From Takakia lepidozioides (lineage: Eukaryota > Plantae > Bryophyta), in contig CM060731.1 of assembly GCA_030704615.1 (NCBI GenBank), forward strand, positions 55,552,001 through 55,616,000: a DNA stretch of 64,000 bases, given 5' to 3'. The notes under the pieces are model-generated. The model was not told the DNA's origin. It saw only the letters and a list, made by a program, of their open reading frames with translations, and did not search any database. The translations under genes and the position numbers were made by a program. Positions 62,601 to 64,000 of this stretch are shown here, in pieces. Numbering within the stretch: the first letter of the stretch is position 1; each line of letters opens with the position of its first letter.

Positions 62601-64000
62601 ACACCCAGAGTGGGAGCAGGTTGCAGAGATGCGGCTGGAAAGCCTAAGTTGTTTAAGAGGTATCTGCTGTGGTGTAGTGACAGCAACACCAACTGAAGAG
62701 GAAACCAACAGTTACCCATCACATTTCTATGAAGAAAGAGAAGGAGAAATGGAAATCCTAGAAGAACCAGCCACTGTGAGCTTACAGGATGAAGTGGTGA
62801 CTGGTTGGACAATCACAGCTGATGAGCAAGTGAGGGAAGTGAATGTGGGAACTAAAGAGGAACCGAGGATGGTGAAAGTAGGAGCTGATTTGGAGCCGGA
62901 GTTCTTTGAAGAAGCTAAAAGCTTGTTCATCAAATACAGAGATGTATTTGCTTGGAGTTATGAGGATTTAAAAGGGATACCACCTGAAGTCTGTCAGCAT
63001 AAGATTGAACTGGAACCAGGGTCAGTACCAATCAAGCAGGCGAGGTACAGAATGAATCCCAACTACGCACAGAAGGTTGGAGAAGAGATTAAGAAGTTGG
63101 ATGAGGCTAAGTTTATATACCCAATAGAGTATACAACTTGGTTGTCACCCATTGTTATAGTTCCCAAGAAGAATGGCAAACTAAGAGTATGTGTGAACTA
63201 CAAGAAGCTGAATGCTTGTACGAAGAAAGATCCTTTCCCTTTGCCATTCACAGAAGCAGTATTAGACACTGTGGCAGGCCATGAGATGTACTCATTCATG
63301 GATGGCTTCAGTGGTTATAATCAAGTGCAAGTGGCAGAAGAAGACCAAGGGAAAACAGCTTTCATCATAGACTGGGGGGCTTATGCATACAAAGTCATGC
63401 CCTTTGGACTTTGTAATGCACCAGCGACCTTTCAGAGAGTGATAAGTGAATCTTTTCATGAGTATCTGGATGATTTCATGTAGGTATTCTTGGATGATTT
63501 CAGTGTGTACAGCTCTAAGAATGAGCACTTGCATAAATTGGAGTTATGTCTGGCCAGATGCAGGATGAGAGGTCTGGGCCTGAATCCAGAGAAGTGTACT
63601 TTCTGTGTGAACTCAGGGGTGCTTCTGGGACACATTGTGTGTAAGAAGGGACTTCTTGTGGATCCCAGAAACACAGAGTCCATTAAAGCCTCTCCACCAC
63701 CAGTGAATGTTAAAAGTCTAAGGAGATTCCTTGGGCAAACACGTTATTACAGAAGATTTGTCAAAAGGTATGCACAAATAGCAGCACCATTGAGCAAGCT
63801 ATTGAAGAAAGATGCAGTGTTTGCCTGGACAGCTGAATGTCAGCAGGCGTTTGAGGAACTTACCCTGTCAGTAACAACTACACCTGTGCTGATTAACCCT
63901 CACTGGCATGTAGTATTTCATGTTCACTGCGATGCATCAGGAGAAGCGTTGGGAGCGGTGTTAGCCCAGAATGTTACAGGAAATATAGATTCACCTGTGT
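59613..64000 (+). pseudogene. Gag-pol of non-chromovirus gypsy family A (runs off the window)
   Basis: Gag, CCHC, protease, RT (DPFPLP, DGFSGYNQ, MPFGLCNAP, FLDDF) and the start of RNase H (HCDASG). Frameshifts at ~61250 and ~61322; stop at 63481. Confidence 0.92.

Overview
This is a transposon-dense eukaryotic window with no ordinary host gene. It is probably from a land plant, most likely a non-seed plant (inferred from TTTAGGG telomeric repeats, GT-AG introns, an endonuclease-less Penelope-like element and a Crinkler-like kinase). Nested contents: (i) four pieces of a non-chromovirus Ty3/gypsy family with extra ORFs; (ii) an endonuclease-deficient Penelope-like retroelement cluster with hammerhead ribozymes and telomeric repeats; (iii) a truncated chromovirus carrying a 2.24-kb TG..CA insertion; (iv) a REase-kinase pseudogene; (v) three related families of large Mutator-like DNA transposons. 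The two families whose transposase lies in the window carry, head-to-head with it, a multi-exon gene fusing a ParB/Srx-like domain to a beta-class amino(N4C/N6A)-DNA-methyltransferase-like domain. The third family is represented only by pieces of that cargo gene. Each family has its own array of palindromic repeats, and families 1 and 2 share a TGCGGCANCGCA core. This 'ParB-MTase + cognate palindrome array' transposon is the best candidate for an undescribed system, possibly sequence-specific self-marking or anti-silencing. A split 5-bp TSD also reveals a large inversion (or misassembly) starting near 44590. Coordinates were read by eye, exon boundaries are approximate, and no database searches were run.
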